Counted from the first letter of the stretch, positions 8,304-17,788 are shown. The stretch is 51,855 bases of DNA from an uncultured Lysobacterales bacterium (GCA_947258865.1 CAMYKC010000020.1:1-51855); one strand, 5' to 3'. Notes: a model not told the origin generated them from the letters alone. Program-made: numbers and translations.

Positions 8304-9587
8304 TCAGTTCCTGCTGCGCTGCTGCGGAAAGACGCAGCTGAATTTGCTGCCCACACCATATTGGCTTTCGATCTCCAACCGAGCCTGGTGGGCGTTCAGG
8401 ACGTGCTTGACGATGGCGAGGCCAAGACCCGTTCCGCCGGTTTTTCTGCCGCGGTCAGATCCCACACGATAGAACCGTTCTGTCAATCTGGGAATTTCAC
8501 GCGAGGGTATACCGATTCCCGTGTCCGCCACGCTCATAACCGGGCCATCATCACTTCCAAACCAGCTGACGGTTACGACTCCGCCATCTGGCGTGTACTT
8601 CAGGGCATTGACAATCAGGTTCCGGAAAGCGCTCTCCAGATCAGAAGTGTTGCCGGAAAGTTTTAATTGTCTGTCGATGTCGAAGCGGAGGTTATGGCCG
8701 CCACGACTGATTTCTTCAGCCTGTTCCTTGAGTTGCAGGAGAATGCCGGCCACATCGACAATCTCATCCTGATCCTGTGTATCAACACCCTGAAGGCGTG
8801 AAAGTTCGAGGAAATCATCGAGCATGGAATGCATCGGGACTACCTGTGTATGCATCCGCGGAATGACAGCGGTCATCTCGGACGCCGACCGGTCCTGGAA
8901 CAGTTCGAGGTAGCCAAGCATAACGGTTAGCGGTGTTCTGAGTTCATGGGAGATATTGGTCACAAAATCGCGCCTGATCTGTTCAACATGATGAACTTCG
9001 CTTATATCGTGCAAGATGATAAGCCGCTGATGTTCTCCGATTGACACCATGCTGATTTCAAACCAGGTGCTGTAATTGTTCTGTGCTTGCATTTCCAGGC
9101 GGCTGTCCACTTCATCGTGAACAGCAAGCCATTCGGCGAATTCCGGACTTCGAAGCAGCTTGGTGACCGGCCGGCCTATGTCCCGGCTTTCCTTGAGATC
9201 CAGCAGCAAGCCCGCCGCGGAATTGAATGCATTGATTTCATTATCTTCACCGATGACCAGCGTAGCGTCTGGAAAGGCATCGGTAAGGGTTTGAAATTCC
9301 GTGATTTTTGACAGGTATTGTTGTTTCTGCTCGCTGCGTTGTCGTTCCAGGGCGCTGACTTGGTCGAAAATTTGAGCCCAGGCACCGTAACTTTTTGGAG
9401 GATCACGTTCTGGATGCTGTAACCAGATTTGCAGTCTGGTGAGTTGAACAACGTGCCACGAAGCGTAAATAACGAAGGTGGTTAGCAAGACCCAACCGGG
9501 ATAACCAATAATCCAACCGGCCGCCAGTGCAGCCATACCGACGATAAGTATTCGTCCAATGCAGGATTTCCAGCTCCAAACTGACAT
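8304..9587 (-). CDS. phoR: Phosphate regulon sensor histidine kinase PhoR
   Basis: Two N-terminal TM segments, a PAS region, the H-box FVTNISHELRTPLTV and ATPase boxes (NALKYTP, DTGIGI, GGTGLGLAIVKH). It immediately follows phoB. Confidence 0.85.
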   Translation of the reverse strand: MSVWSWKSCIGRILIVGMAALAAGWIIGYPGWVLLTTFVIYASWHVVQLTRLQIWLQHPERDPPKSYGAWAQIFDQVSALERQRSEQKQQYLSKITEFQTLTDAFPDATLVIGEDNEINAFNSAAGLLLDLKESRDIGRPVTKLLRSPEFAEWLAVHDEVDSRLEMQAQNNYSTWFEISMVSIGEHQRLIILHDISEVHHVEQIRRDFVTNISHELRTPLTVMLGYLELFQDRSASEMTAVIPRMHTQVVPMHSMLDDFLELSRLQGVDTQDQDEIVDVAGILLQLKEQAEEISRGGHNLRFDIDRQLKLSGNTSDLESAFRNLIVNALKYTPDGGVVTVSWFGSDDGPVMSVADTGIGIPSREIPRLTERFYRVGSDRGRKTGGTGLGLAIVKHVLNAHQARLEIESQYGVGSKFSCVFPQQRSRN

Positions 9588-9621
9588 AAGGTGCCTAATC
9601 GCTTTCTTCGGTCAACAGACT

Positions 9622-10320
9622 TCAGTCCTCGGCCAGGAAGCGGTAGCCATGTCCACGAGCCGTCTGCAAATATGCACTAACCCCGCCCTTTTCCAAGGCT
9701 TGTCGCAAACGTCTGATATGAACATCCACTGTTCGTTCTTCAACGTATACATTGGATCCCCAGACTCTATCGAGTAACTGGCTGCGGCTGTAGACACGTC
9801 CAGTGTGTGTCATGAAAAATTCGAGCAGGCGGTAATCGGTTGGGCCCAGATGGATTTCGACTTCACCGGATAAGACCCGCCGGGAGAATGTGTCCATGTG
9901 TAGTTTGCCAACCGTCAATTGTCCGTTCTCATTCCCTGGGCTACTGCGGCGCAGAACGGCATTGATGCGCGCCAGCAATTCCCTGGGCGAGAAGGGTTTG
10001 ATGAGATAGTCGTCTGCCCCGGCTTCCAGGCCCGAGACTTTGTCGTCTTCCGTCACCCTGGCCGTCAGCATGATGATCGGGATGTCTTCGGTCAGGAAAT
10101 CCTTGCGCAACCGCCTGACCAGTTCAATTCCACTGACCCCCGGCATCATCCAATCCATCAGGATCATATCCGGTCGGTTGTCGGATATGCACACCAACGC
10201 TTCAGATGCGTTCGAAGCAGCTTGTGAGCGCATACCGGCCTGTTCCAGCGCAAGTTGGATCATGTCGCAGATGGCCGCTTCGTCATCTACGACCAATACG
10301 AGAGGTTGTTTTTTGCTCAA
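9622..10320 (-). CDS. phoB: Phosphate regulon response regulator PhoB
   Basis: Near-colinear with E. coli PhoB (DWM.PG.SGI...LTARGEE.D...GLE.GADDY..KPFSP.EL.ARI.AV.RR; VYSR.QLL..VWG.NVYVE.RTVDVHIRRLR.AL). The start is set at TTG 10320 (SD CAGGAA) because the predicted -10 lies downstream of the longer ORF's ATG 10365. ATG 10338 is an alternative. Confidence 0.85.
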   Translation of the reverse strand: MSKKQPLVLVVDDEAAICDMIQLALEQAGMRSQAASNASEALVCISDNRPDMILMDWMMPGVSGIELVRRLRKDFLTEDIPIIMLTARVTEDDKVSGLEAGADDYLIKPFSPRELLARINAVLRRSSPGNENGQLTVGKLHMDTFSRRVLSGEVEIHLGPTDYRLLEFFMTHTGRVYSRSQLLDRVWGSNVYVEERTVDVHIRRLRQALEKGGVSAYLQTARGHGYRFLAED

Positions 10321-10350
10321 TGCGATTCCTGTATCCATTGTGGATACACC

Positions 10351-10383
10351 ATTATAGTGCTGCATGTTACAGAATTATTTAAG
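10351..10383 (-). promoter_or_regulatory. Pho box plus -10 of the phoBR promoter
   Basis: The minus strand reads CTTAAAT-AATT-CTGTAAC-atgcagcac-TATAAT. E. coli phoB has TTTTCAT-AAAT-CTGTCAT-N10-CATAAT. The element sits just after the bepA stop codon. Confidence 0.55.
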
Positions 10384-10384
10384 C

Positions 10385-11809
10385 CTACTGCTCTTCCTTC
10401 CCGAGCTTGGCCAGTTCCAGTCGAAGCTGGTTGATGCGCGCCGTGATCCGGGCGCGTTCGTAGTAATCCAGATCGTCTTTTGCGGCCAGTTCCTGGAGCT
10501 GCATGGCGGCTTCGTGGATCCCACCCCGCAGGTAATAGGATTCCGCTATTGCCTCCCTGGCCCGTACCTTGTCTCCGGCAATGTTGGCTGAACGCGCGTA
10601 CAGCTCATAGAGGTTCGGATCATTTGGCCGAACCAGGATTTGTTGCCTGAGGACGACGGCGGCCGTTGCGGCCTGCCGCTGATTCTGGCTTTTCAGCAAA
10701 GCCTGTGCGTATTGCATGGAGATGGCGTGGTTGCCCGGAAAACTGTGATACAGGCCTGCCAGGCGGTCGATGGCTTTTCCATCGAACCCCGAATCCAGGT
10801 CCAGATCAGCCATTTGCAGTTCGTAGGCGAGGTGTTGATCACGGTCCATCAGATTTTGAAGCAGTTTCCGTGCTTTTTCGTAATCGCCCTTGTTTTGCAG
10901 AGCGATGGCGCGGCCGTAATACAGGGCGTCGTTCTCGGCCTGGCTGATGTCCGCCCGGTCCATTCGGTGATCGAACCACTCGAGCGCCGTGTCAGGGGAT
11001 TTCTCCGTCATTGCGCGCAGCCGAGCCTGTACGAGGTAAAAATCTTTTCCGTCGGAGGTTGTTTTTACGGGCAGATTCTGCGCCCGGTTATCGGCTTCCG
11101 CGATACGGCTGACGGAAACGGGGTGGGTGCGCAAGTATTCCGGCGGCCCTTCGCCCATGGCGCGGGTGATCCGGCTCATTTTTTCAAAGAATTCCCCCAT
11201 CCCGGCCGGATCGTAACCAGCCCTCGACAGCGTCGATATCCCGATCCGGTCGGCTTCGTATTCATTCTGGGCTTCACCACCACCACCGCCGGCGAGAATC
11301 AGACCGAGCATCGCCAGTGCGATGGGTATGGTCATGGCCTTCTGATTTTCCAGCGCGCGGTAAAGGTGCAGTTGGGTGATATGCGCGATCTCGTGGGCCA
11401 GGACGCCGGCAACCTCGTTTTCATCGTCGGCGGCGAGGATCAGCCCGCTGTAAAGCGCGATTACGCCGCCGGGTGCGGCAAAGGCGTTGACCACCGGTTG
11501 ATTGATTACAACAAATGTGAAGGCCTTGTCCGGCCGGTCGCTGTTGGAAGCCAAACGAAAGCCCATATCTTCAAAATAGGCACTGATCAGCGGGTCTTCG
11601 TTCAGGACTTCATAGGCACGCATCTGCCGGACCAGCGCCTTGGCATATTCCTTTTCTTCGGCACGCGAGAGAATGGTCTCCGCGGACGCACCCATGTCGG
11701 GCAACTCCAGCTGTTTGGTCTGCGCGACGCTGGCCAGGCTGGTGCAAGCGGTGAATACCAGCACCAAAAGCCGGCTTGGGATGATTCTTGAAAGCTTGAC
11801 CGATGACAT
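10385..11809 (-). CDS. bepA: M48 metalloprotease with TPR domain, BepA (YfgC)-like
   Basis: Start at ATG 11809 (SD GGGGAA). Signal-like N-terminus, HEIAHITQ zinc motif, EADRIG, and C-terminal TPR repeats. Confidence 0.8.
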   Translation of the reverse strand: MSSVKLSRIIPSRLLVLVFTACTSLASVAQTKQLELPDMGASAETILSRAEEKEYAKALVRQMRAYEVLNEDPLISAYFEDMGFRLASNSDRPDKAFTFVVINQPVVNAFAAPGGVIALYSGLILAADDENEVAGVLAHEIAHITQLHLYRALENQKAMTIPIALAMLGLILAGGGGGEAQNEYEADRIGISTLSRAGYDPAGMGEFFEKMSRITRAMGEGPPEYLRTHPVSVSRIAEADNRAQNLPVKTTSDGKDFYLVQARLRAMTEKSPDTALEWFDHRMDRADISQAENDALYYGRAIALQNKGDYEKARKLLQNLMDRDQHLAYELQMADLDLDSGFDGKAIDRLAGLYHSFPGNHAISMQYAQALLKSQNQRQAATAAVVLRQQILVRPNDPNLYELYARSANIAGDKVRAREAIAESYYLRGGIHEAAMQLQELAAKDDLDYYERARITARINQLRLELAKLGKEEQ

Positions 11810-11932
11810 TCTTTCCCCGAGACTTTGCTGTCGCCAGTTCGACAACGTTATGGCAGCGTGGTTTCATGAATATGGGCCCGGCACTGCCGCAATTCCAGGC
11901 TTTTCGAAGCCGGGCAGGATAGGCAGTTTATC

Positions 11933-12280
11933 GTGAAAACACTCGTCATCGTCAATGAAAGTCCCTGGGGAGGCAGTCTGGGCGTTACGGCCCTGCGATT
12001 GTCGCGGGCGATGATTGACAATGGACTTCTCCTCGCTGCAGTCTTTTTCCGTGAAGAGGGTGTTTACCAGGCGCTCGAGGGCCGTGTATTGGACAGTGGC
12101 ACACCATCCCTGGCGGAATCCTGGCTCGACTTATCGAGCCAAAAGCAAATACCACTGCTGTTGTGTTCGTCAGCCTCGCAGCGCAGGCTGGAACGGGCAC
12201 CGGTCGAGGGATTTCGTGAGGCAGGCCTTGCGGAAGTCTTGGAATTGATGTCTTCCTGTGACCGCGTGGTGACTTTCTGA
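11933..12280 (+). CDS. tusD: Sulfurtransferase complex subunit TusD / DsrE
   Basis: GTG start. 115 aa, colinear with E. coli TusD including the active-site Cys context (LLLCSSASQRR versus NICVAAALRRG) and the C-terminus CDRVVTF. Confidence 0.8.
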   Translation: MKTLVIVNESPWGGSLGVTALRLSRAMIDNGLLLAAVFFREEGVYQALEGRVLDSGTPSLAESWLDLSSQKQIPLLLCSSASQRRLERAPVEGFREAGLAEVLELMSSCDRVVTF

Positions 12281-12651
12281 TGGCGACAGCAAGTCCGGGC
12301 GGCATCTGCCTGATGGTCCGGAGCCGGCCCTACGAGCATCGGGCGGCTCGCGCCGATCTTGATTTTGCCCTGGCGGCTGCCGCACTCGACTTCAGGCTGG
12401 ATGTTTATTTCCTGGGCAGCGCCCTGATGCAGTTGGCCGCAGAGCGCGAGACCGTCCCCGCCATGCTGCCGGTCGGTTACCGGTCCTGGGCTGCGTTGCC
12501 TGATCTCGCCGAAGTTCGATTGCACGCCCAGCAAGAATGGCTTGATCGATGCGAATGCCATGGTATTCGGCTGCTCTTGCCGGTCCGGGCATTGAGTGCG
12601 GATCAGATGAAACAGAATTGGCGCGGTTGCCGCCACGCTCTGGTGATCTGA
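12280..12651 (+). CDS. tusC: Sulfurtransferase complex subunit TusC / DsrF
   Basis: The ATG overlaps the tusD stop (TGATG). DsrE/F fold sequence (ADLDFALAAAALDFRLDVYFLGSALMQL). Confidence 0.75.
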   Translation: MATASPGGICLMVRSRPYEHRAARADLDFALAAAALDFRLDVYFLGSALMQLAAERETVPAMLPVGYRSWAALPDLAEVRLHAQQEWLDRCECHGIRLLLPVRALSADQMKQNWRGCRHALVI

Positions 12652-12655
12652 GACG

Positions 12656-12970
12656 ATGATTTCATCTGTGGAAAAAACCGCGCGTTGTCTTCACCTGGTC
12701 CTGGGCACCGGAGTCGAGGCGCTTGACGCCTGCGCGACCTGTTGCGAGCCGCAGGATTTCATCCTCTTTCTGGACGTGGGCGTCATGCATTTGCTCGAAG
12801 CCCGTATGAATCCTGCCGCCGCCGTTGCAAAGTCGACCGGGTTCGCGACGGCGGACCTCGAGGCGCGTGGGCTTATCGGCCTTGCCCGTGAATTGGGCAT
12901 ACGCCTGGTCAGTGACGCGGAGTTCGCGCTTCTGGTCAAGGATCACGATCACTGTCTGAGCTGGAAATGA
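12656..12970 (+). CDS. tusB: Sulfurtransferase complex subunit TusB / DsrH
   Basis: Third small DsrE-superfamily ORF in the operon, about 100 aa, with the LHLV...D.ILFL.DGV-like pattern. The exact start is uncertain. Confidence 0.65.
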   Translation: MISSVEKTARCLHLVLGTGVEALDACATCCEPQDFILFLDVGVMHLLEARMNPAAAVAKSTGFATADLEARGLIGLARELGIRLVSDAEFALLVKDHDHCLSWK

Positions 12971-13311
12971 ACGAAAATTTCCTGCAGCTTCCGAATGGCG
13001 AGTCGTTGCCAGTCGATGAAAAAGGCTACCTTCTGGATTGGCTGGCATGGTCCGGGGATGTTGCCGCGACCATGGCAAAATCAGATGGCCTCATCCTCGA
13101 GGCGGACCATTGGGCCGTGCTGGGAATCTTTCGCGAATATTTCGAACAGTTCGAGATCGAACCACCCATGCGTGCCCTCGTGCGGCTAACCCGGGAGCGT
13201 CTTGGCGATGAAAAAGGCAACAGCCGCTACCTGTACCGGCTGTTTCCGGATGGTCCCGGCACGCAGGCCTGCCGCTACGCCGGCTTGCCACGCCCGATCA
13301 GCTGCCTTTGA
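12967..13311 (+). CDS. tusE: DsrC/TusE family sulfur relay protein with two C-terminal cysteines
   Basis: The ATG overlaps the tusB stop (ATGA). GNSRYLYRLFPDGPGTQACRYAGLPRPISCL matches the DsrC/TusE C-terminal arm. Both the penultimate Cys and the upstream Cys 11 residues before it are present. Confidence 0.8.
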   Translation: MNENFLQLPNGESLPVDEKGYLLDWLAWSGDVAATMAKSDGLILEADHWAVLGIFREYFEQFEIEPPMRALVRLTRERLGDEKGNSRYLYRLFPDGPGTQACRYAGLPRPISCL

Positions 13312-13350
13312 TATAATCAGCCGCTTTTTGCGACCCGCGGAGAACACCAA

Positions 13351-14364
13351 ATGAGTCAGACGATCAGTGTCATTAACGGCGACGGTATCGGCCCGGAAAT
13401 CATGGAGGCCAGTCTCCGGGTATTGGAAGCACTCGACTGTGGCCTTGACTACGAATTCGTAGAGGCTGGGTTACCGGCGCTCGACAAACACGGTGATTTG
13501 TTGCCGGAGCCGACTCTGGAGTCCATCCGCAGGAACTGCGTTGCGCTCAAGGGCCCGTTGACGACTCCGATCGGAATGGGTTTTCGTTCAATCAATGTCA
13601 CCCTGCGAGAGATGTTCGACCTCTACGCAAACGTCCGCCCGGTCGTCTCCATGCCTGGAACCCGGGCCCGCTATGAAGACGTCGACATCATCACGGTTCG
13701 CGAGAACACCGAGGGCGCCTACCTCGCCGCGGATGCCAAAGTCAGCGCAGATGGCAACACGGCGGAATCCAAGATGGTGATCACGAAGAAAGGCAGCGAG
13801 CGGGTAACCCGCTACGCTTTCGAATTGGCCCGCCGGACCGGCCGGAAAAAAGTCACGCTTGTGCACAAGGCTAATATTCTGAAGACCGTGTCGGGAATGT
13901 TTCTCGATGTAGCGCGCGGAGTGGCAGCAGAATATCCCGATATCCAGTGCGAGGAAATGATCGTCGATGCCACCTGCATGAAGCTGGTAATGGACCCGCA
14001 ACAATTCGACGTGATCGTGACCACCAACCTCTTTGGGGACATTATCTCGGACCTCTGTGCCGGACTGGTCGGCGGCCTGGGGCTCGCGCCAGGCGCCAAT
14101 ATCGGCGAGGCTGCAGCCATTTTTGAGGCCGTTCACGGCTCCGCCCCGGATATTGCCGGCCGAAAACTGGCCAATCCCTGCGCCCTGTTACTGGCTTCGG
14201 CGCAAATGCTTGCGCACCTGGAGATGAACGACCGGGCGCAGAGCCTGAAGTCGGCCATCAGGGAGACCATCCTTGCTGCTGATCGCACGACCCCGGATCT
14301 CGGGGGCAGCGGTCATACAGATTCTTTTGCTGATGCGATAATCGAACGGGTTCAGAAAGGCTGA
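13351..14364 (+). CDS. icd: Isocitrate dehydrogenase, short (about 335 aa) homodimeric beta-decarboxylating dehydrogenase type, probably NAD-dependent
   Basis: ICDH/IPMDH family motifs (INGDGIGPEI, VRENTEGAY, NLFGDIISDL, GSAPDIAG). The 337-aa length matches the short NAD-IDH group rather than LeuB. Cofactor and substrate are inferred. Confidence 0.65.
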   Translation: MSQTISVINGDGIGPEIMEASLRVLEALDCGLDYEFVEAGLPALDKHGDLLPEPTLESIRRNCVALKGPLTTPIGMGFRSINVTLREMFDLYANVRPVVSMPGTRARYEDVDIITVRENTEGAYLAADAKVSADGNTAESKMVITKKGSERVTRYAFELARRTGRKKVTLVHKANILKTVSGMFLDVARGVAAEYPDIQCEEMIVDATCMKLVMDPQQFDVIVTTNLFGDIISDLCAGLVGGLGLAPGANIGEAAAIFEAVHGSAPDIAGRKLANPCALLLASAQMLAHLEMNDRAQSLKSAIRETILAADRTTPDLGGSGHTDSFADAIIERVQKG

Positions 14365-14393
14365 ACCCGGGATCGAGCAGTGTTTGTGAGCGA

Positions 14394-15197
14394 TCAGTCT
14401 CTGGGAAGATGGCCCAGCAGACCCAGCCGCCCCTTGACAGGAGCCCGGCTGTTTTCCAGGCAAACTTGCACGTAGTCCACGGCATCCCTGACGGCTTCAG
14501 GCAAAGGTTTCTCCATGGCAAGACCAGCCGCAACTGCTGAAGACAACGCGCAGCCGGTACCGTGAAAGCGCCCTTCGAATGCCCGGTGGGTGTAGGTTTC
14601 CAGGCCGTCCGGCGTTAACAGGATATCCGTGATTTCCTGGCCGCCAAAACGCCCTCCTTTCAGAAATACAGCATGAGAACCGCCCTTCAGGAGCTCTTCA
14701 GCCGCTGCTTTCATGTCATCCATATCCTTGATCGGCATTCCGGTGAGCACCTCAGCCTCTTCGCGATTGGGCGTAATTACGGTCGCGAGAGGAAACAGAT
14801 GATTCCGGATGGCCTCCAGCGCTATTTCTCCGGTCAGTTCTTTACCCTTGGGCTCGATGACGACCGGATCAACTACCATCGGAATCAGAGGATCCTGTTG
14901 CTCGAGTAAGTCACCCAGAATCGCGATGCCCGCCACGCTGGGAAGTATGCCGGTCTTGATAGCACAAATGGGCAGATCCTCGAGGACTGATTCCATCTGT
15001 TCGACGATCATCCGGTCGGATACCGGCTCAACTGCTTGTGTCGCCAAGGTATTGCGCGCAGTTACGGCCGTGATGACCGATGCGCCATAAACGCCGAAGG
15101 CGGCAAAGGTGTTCAGATCGGCCTGAATGCCCGCTCCTCCGCAGCTATCCGAGCCGGCGATTGTGAGTACGGATCTTTCGATGACGGGTGCTTGCAT
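14394..15197 (-). CDS. thiD: Hydroxymethylpyrimidine/phosphomethylpyrimidine kinase
   Basis: LTIAGSDSCGGAGIQADLNTFAAFGVYG...GTGCALSSAVAAGLA is the classic ThiD signature. Start at ATG 15197. Confidence 0.85.
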   Translation of the reverse strand: MQAPVIERSVLTIAGSDSCGGAGIQADLNTFAAFGVYGASVITAVTARNTLATQAVEPVSDRMIVEQMESVLEDLPICAIKTGILPSVAGIAILGDLLEQQDPLIPMVVDPVVIEPKGKELTGEIALEAIRNHLFPLATVITPNREEAEVLTGMPIKDMDDMKAAAEELLKGGSHAVFLKGGRFGGQEITDILLTPDGLETYTHRAFEGRFHGTGCALSSAVAAGLAMEKPLPEAVRDAVDYVQVCLENSRAPVKGRLGLLGHLPRD

Positions 15198-15390
15198 TTG
15201 ATCAACCGTTTTGTTCGTTTTTGCCCTGTTGCATTCTAACAACGGAATGAAAAACGCCGCCATTTTTGTGCCGCTTTCATGACGGCGGTCAAGTGCCCGC
15301 CCGCAGTTTATACAGCTTCATAAAAAACAAACACTTGGAATACATCCATTGGTACTCACCTGCACCGGTCCGTCAAACCGGTGATTCACG

Positions 15391-15419
15391 TTGACAAGGT
15401 GTTGTATTCCTGCCATATT
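15391..15419 (+). promoter_or_regulatory. Sigma-70-like promoter upstream of the OMP gene
   Basis: TTGACA (15391-15396), a 17-nt spacer, then CATATT (15414-15419). It is followed by AAGGAG (15447) and the TTG start at 15463. Based on sequence match only. Confidence 0.4.
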
Positions 15420-15462
15420 TCACGGTGAAATAATGCATCTTTTATAAGGAGCAGGCACAGTT

Positions 15463-16650
15463 TTGCGATCGCGATTTGCCACGACAGCGATAGCCATATT
15501 GGGATTAATGCCGGGTTTAGCCGGCGCCCAGGCCAGCGGCTTGCCCGGTGTAAGCTTCGCGGCCGGAGGTGCCGGGCTGACTTCTTTTTACGTCATTGGC
15601 TTCGAGTTGGGCCCCTGGCAGGAATACCTTGCCCAGGAACTGACACCCGCTTATCTCCAGCCCGAAGATGCGAAACCAATTCATGTTTCCTGGTTGAGAA
15701 GCAGCGAACTCCTGATCTTGCCGGATTTTGCCGCGGACCTCGAATCGCCCCCGGATACCTGGATCAACCTGAATTTTGAGTGGCAATCGAGCAGCGAATT
15801 CTTATGGCCTGACACGAACTCCGAACCGGTGTTCGAGGGGACGAATTTCGAGCGTCAGTACTTCGCCCCTGGCATCGAGCATCAATTCGGCGACAGCGGC
15901 GTTCTTGGCGTTTCAGCCGTGATCGCCTACCAGCGCTACAGTGCCGCAAACCTGGGGCTGTTCGCAGCCAGTTCCCCGAGCCAGACTACCTGGCTGAATG
16001 CCGGCTACGCACCTTACCAGGAATCGGGCTACGGTACCGGAGTGCGCCTGGCGGTTCATCAGGAAGTTGTCAGCGGTATCGCATTTGACGCCGGATTCCA
16101 GTCCCGTATCGACATGGAAGAATTTGCCGCTTACCGGGGCGTATATTCTCAGCCCGCCGACCTCGATATTCCGGCACGAGCAAGGATTGGCCTGGCGTTT
16201 CAGGCCAGTGAACTCTCGTGGCTAAGCGTCGCCATCGAGCGCGTGATGTACAGCGAAATCAGTGCTTTCCCAAGCCGCTACCTGCCCAATCGCTTCCTGT
16301 CCTTGCTGGGTGACTCCACCAGCCCTGCATTCAATTGGGAAGACCTCACCGTTTACAGCGTTGGCTATACGTGGAGCGATGGCAAAGACCAACAGTGGCA
16401 TATCGATCTGAGTACCCGGACCCAGCCGTCGCCTTCCTCGAAATTGCTCAGCCAGGCGCTTGCGGGTGATTTGGCCAGCAGTGCGATGGTGGTAGGGTAT
16501 TCACGTCGTACCGGAGATCGAAGTCGCCTCGCGTTCAACGCGGCATACGCGCCTTCCGAATATGCGTTTGGCGGCAGTGTCCTGGGTGTAACCACCGAAG
16601 AGCTCGACCAGCGGTTTGAGGTCGAAGCGATGTGGACCCTGAGTTTCTGA
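15463..16650 (+). CDS. Outer-membrane beta-barrel protein, possibly FadL/TodX-like transport family
   Basis: TTG start 10 nt after AAGGAG. Signal peptide MRSRFATTAIAILGLMPGLAGAQA, amphipathic beta-strand pattern, and an aromatic C-terminus MWTLSF typical of BAM substrates. The family assignment is tentative. Confidence 0.6.
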   Translation: MRSRFATTAIAILGLMPGLAGAQASGLPGVSFAAGGAGLTSFYVIGFELGPWQEYLAQELTPAYLQPEDAKPIHVSWLRSSELLILPDFAADLESPPDTWINLNFEWQSSSEFLWPDTNSEPVFEGTNFERQYFAPGIEHQFGDSGVLGVSAVIAYQRYSAANLGLFAASSPSQTTWLNAGYAPYQESGYGTGVRLAVHQEVVSGIAFDAGFQSRIDMEEFAAYRGVYSQPADLDIPARARIGLAFQASELSWLSVAIERVMYSEISAFPSRYLPNRFLSLLGDSTSPAFNWEDLTVYSVGYTWSDGKDQQWHIDLSTRTQPSPSSKLLSQALAGDLASSAMVVGYSRRTGDRSRLAFNAAYAPSEYAFGGSVLGVTTEELDQRFEVEAMWTLSF

Positions 16651-16681
16651 TTCCAGCTTCACCTCCCGATAAAGGACAGCC

Positions 16682-17788
16682 ATGGATCTGCTGAGAGACT
16701 GGTTCAGACGCTCGTTCTCCGACCCTCAAGTCGTGATCCTCGGCCTGTTTCTGGTCATCGGTTTCGCGATCATTTTTGGTCTTGGCAAATGGCTGGCCCC
16801 GATGTTTGCCAGTATCGTCATTGCCTATCTCCTGGAGGCTCTGGTCAGCCGGCTGCAGAGGCACAGGTTGCCCAGGATGGCAGCCGTTATCATCGTTTTT
16901 CTGTTGTTCGTTACCTTCCTGTTGTTCGTGATGTTCGGTCTGATTCCGATCGTGTCGCGGCAGTTGACGCAATTGGTACAGCAATTCCCCAACTGGATCA
17001 CACAGGGTCAGGAGTTGTTGAAGCAACTGCCTCAGGCCTATCCACAAATGGTTTCCGAGGAGCAGATCCAGGCCATCATCAGTCAACTTGGTCAGGAAAT
17101 GGCCAACCTGGGCCAGCAAGTGCTCGGCTGGTCGCTGGCCTCGGTCGCAAGCGTCATAGGGCTGATTATTTACCTCGTTCTGGTCCCCGTACTGGTCTTT
17201 TTCTTTCTCAAGGACAAGGACTTGATGATCGGCTGGATCGCTGATCGACTGCCAAGCGACAGATCGCTGGTAAACCGGGTATGGACAGAGTCGGAAGCGC
17301 AGATTGCCAATTATGTTCGGGGCAAAGTGGTTGAGATTGTAATCGTTGGTGGCGTTACCTACATCACGTTCATAGTGCTCGACCTGCAGTATTCAGCCCT
17401 GCTGGCTACGCTGGTCGGTTTTTCCGTATTGATCCCCTATATCGGCGCAGCAGTCGTGACTTTGCCGATTGCCCTGGTGGCTTTTTTCCAGTTTGGCTGG
17501 GGCTGGGACTTTGGGCAGGTCATGATCGCCTACGCGATCATACAGGCCTTGGACGGCAACCTCCTGGTGCCCCTGCTGTTTTCCGAGGTGGTGAATCTGC
17601 ACCCGGTTGCGATCATATTGGCCATTCTCGTATTTGGCGGGCTGTTTGGTTTCTGGGGAATATTTTTTGCCATCCCGCTGGCCACGCTTGTGAAAGCGGT
17701 TATGAACGCCTGGCCCCGCAAACAGAAAGACAAAAAAGCAACGGCGGAAAACGAGGTCATCGGCGAGGCGGAAGAAAACCCGGAATGA
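16682..17788 (+). CDS. perM: AI-2E family (PerM/YdiK-like, UPF0118) inner-membrane transporter
   Basis: Multi-TM protein with the conserved core LATLVGFSVLIPYIGAAVVTLPIALVAFFQ...ALDGNLLVPLLFSEVVNLHPV. Confidence 0.75.
   Translation: MDLLRDWFRRSFSDPQVVILGLFLVIGFAIIFGLGKWLAPMFASIVIAYLLEALVSRLQRHRLPRMAAVIIVFLLFVTFLLFVMFGLIPIVSRQLTQLVQQFPNWITQGQELLKQLPQAYPQMVSEEQIQAIISQLGQEMANLGQQVLGWSLASVASVIGLIIYLVLVPVLVFFFLKDKDLMIGWIADRLPSDRSLVNRVWTESEAQIANYVRGKVVEIVIVGGVTYITFIVLDLQYSALLATLVGFSVLIPYIGAAVVTLPIALVAFFQFGWGWDFGQVMIAYAIIQALDGNLLVPLLFSEVVNLHPVAIILAILVFGGLFGFWGIFFAIPLATLVKAVMNAWPRKQKDKKATAENEVIGEAEENPE

Noticed and set aside
11230-11300. Short Gly5 linker after the BepA HExxH where E. coli has a longer segment
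   Set aside because: The overall length is equal to E. coli BepA and the frame is intact, so this is most likely natural loop variation.
10640-11791. 383-aa ORF on the plus strand
   Set aside because: It is antisense to bepA, whose HExxH and TPR motifs identify the true coding strand. No recognisable domain.
15198-15462. Possible TPP riboswitch upstream of thiD (minus strand)
   Set aside because: I looked for the conserved CUGAGA and ACCUGAUCUGGAUAAUGCCAGCG core on the minus strand and found neither. Only a short CACCGGT/ACCGGTG hairpin (15363-15383) is present.
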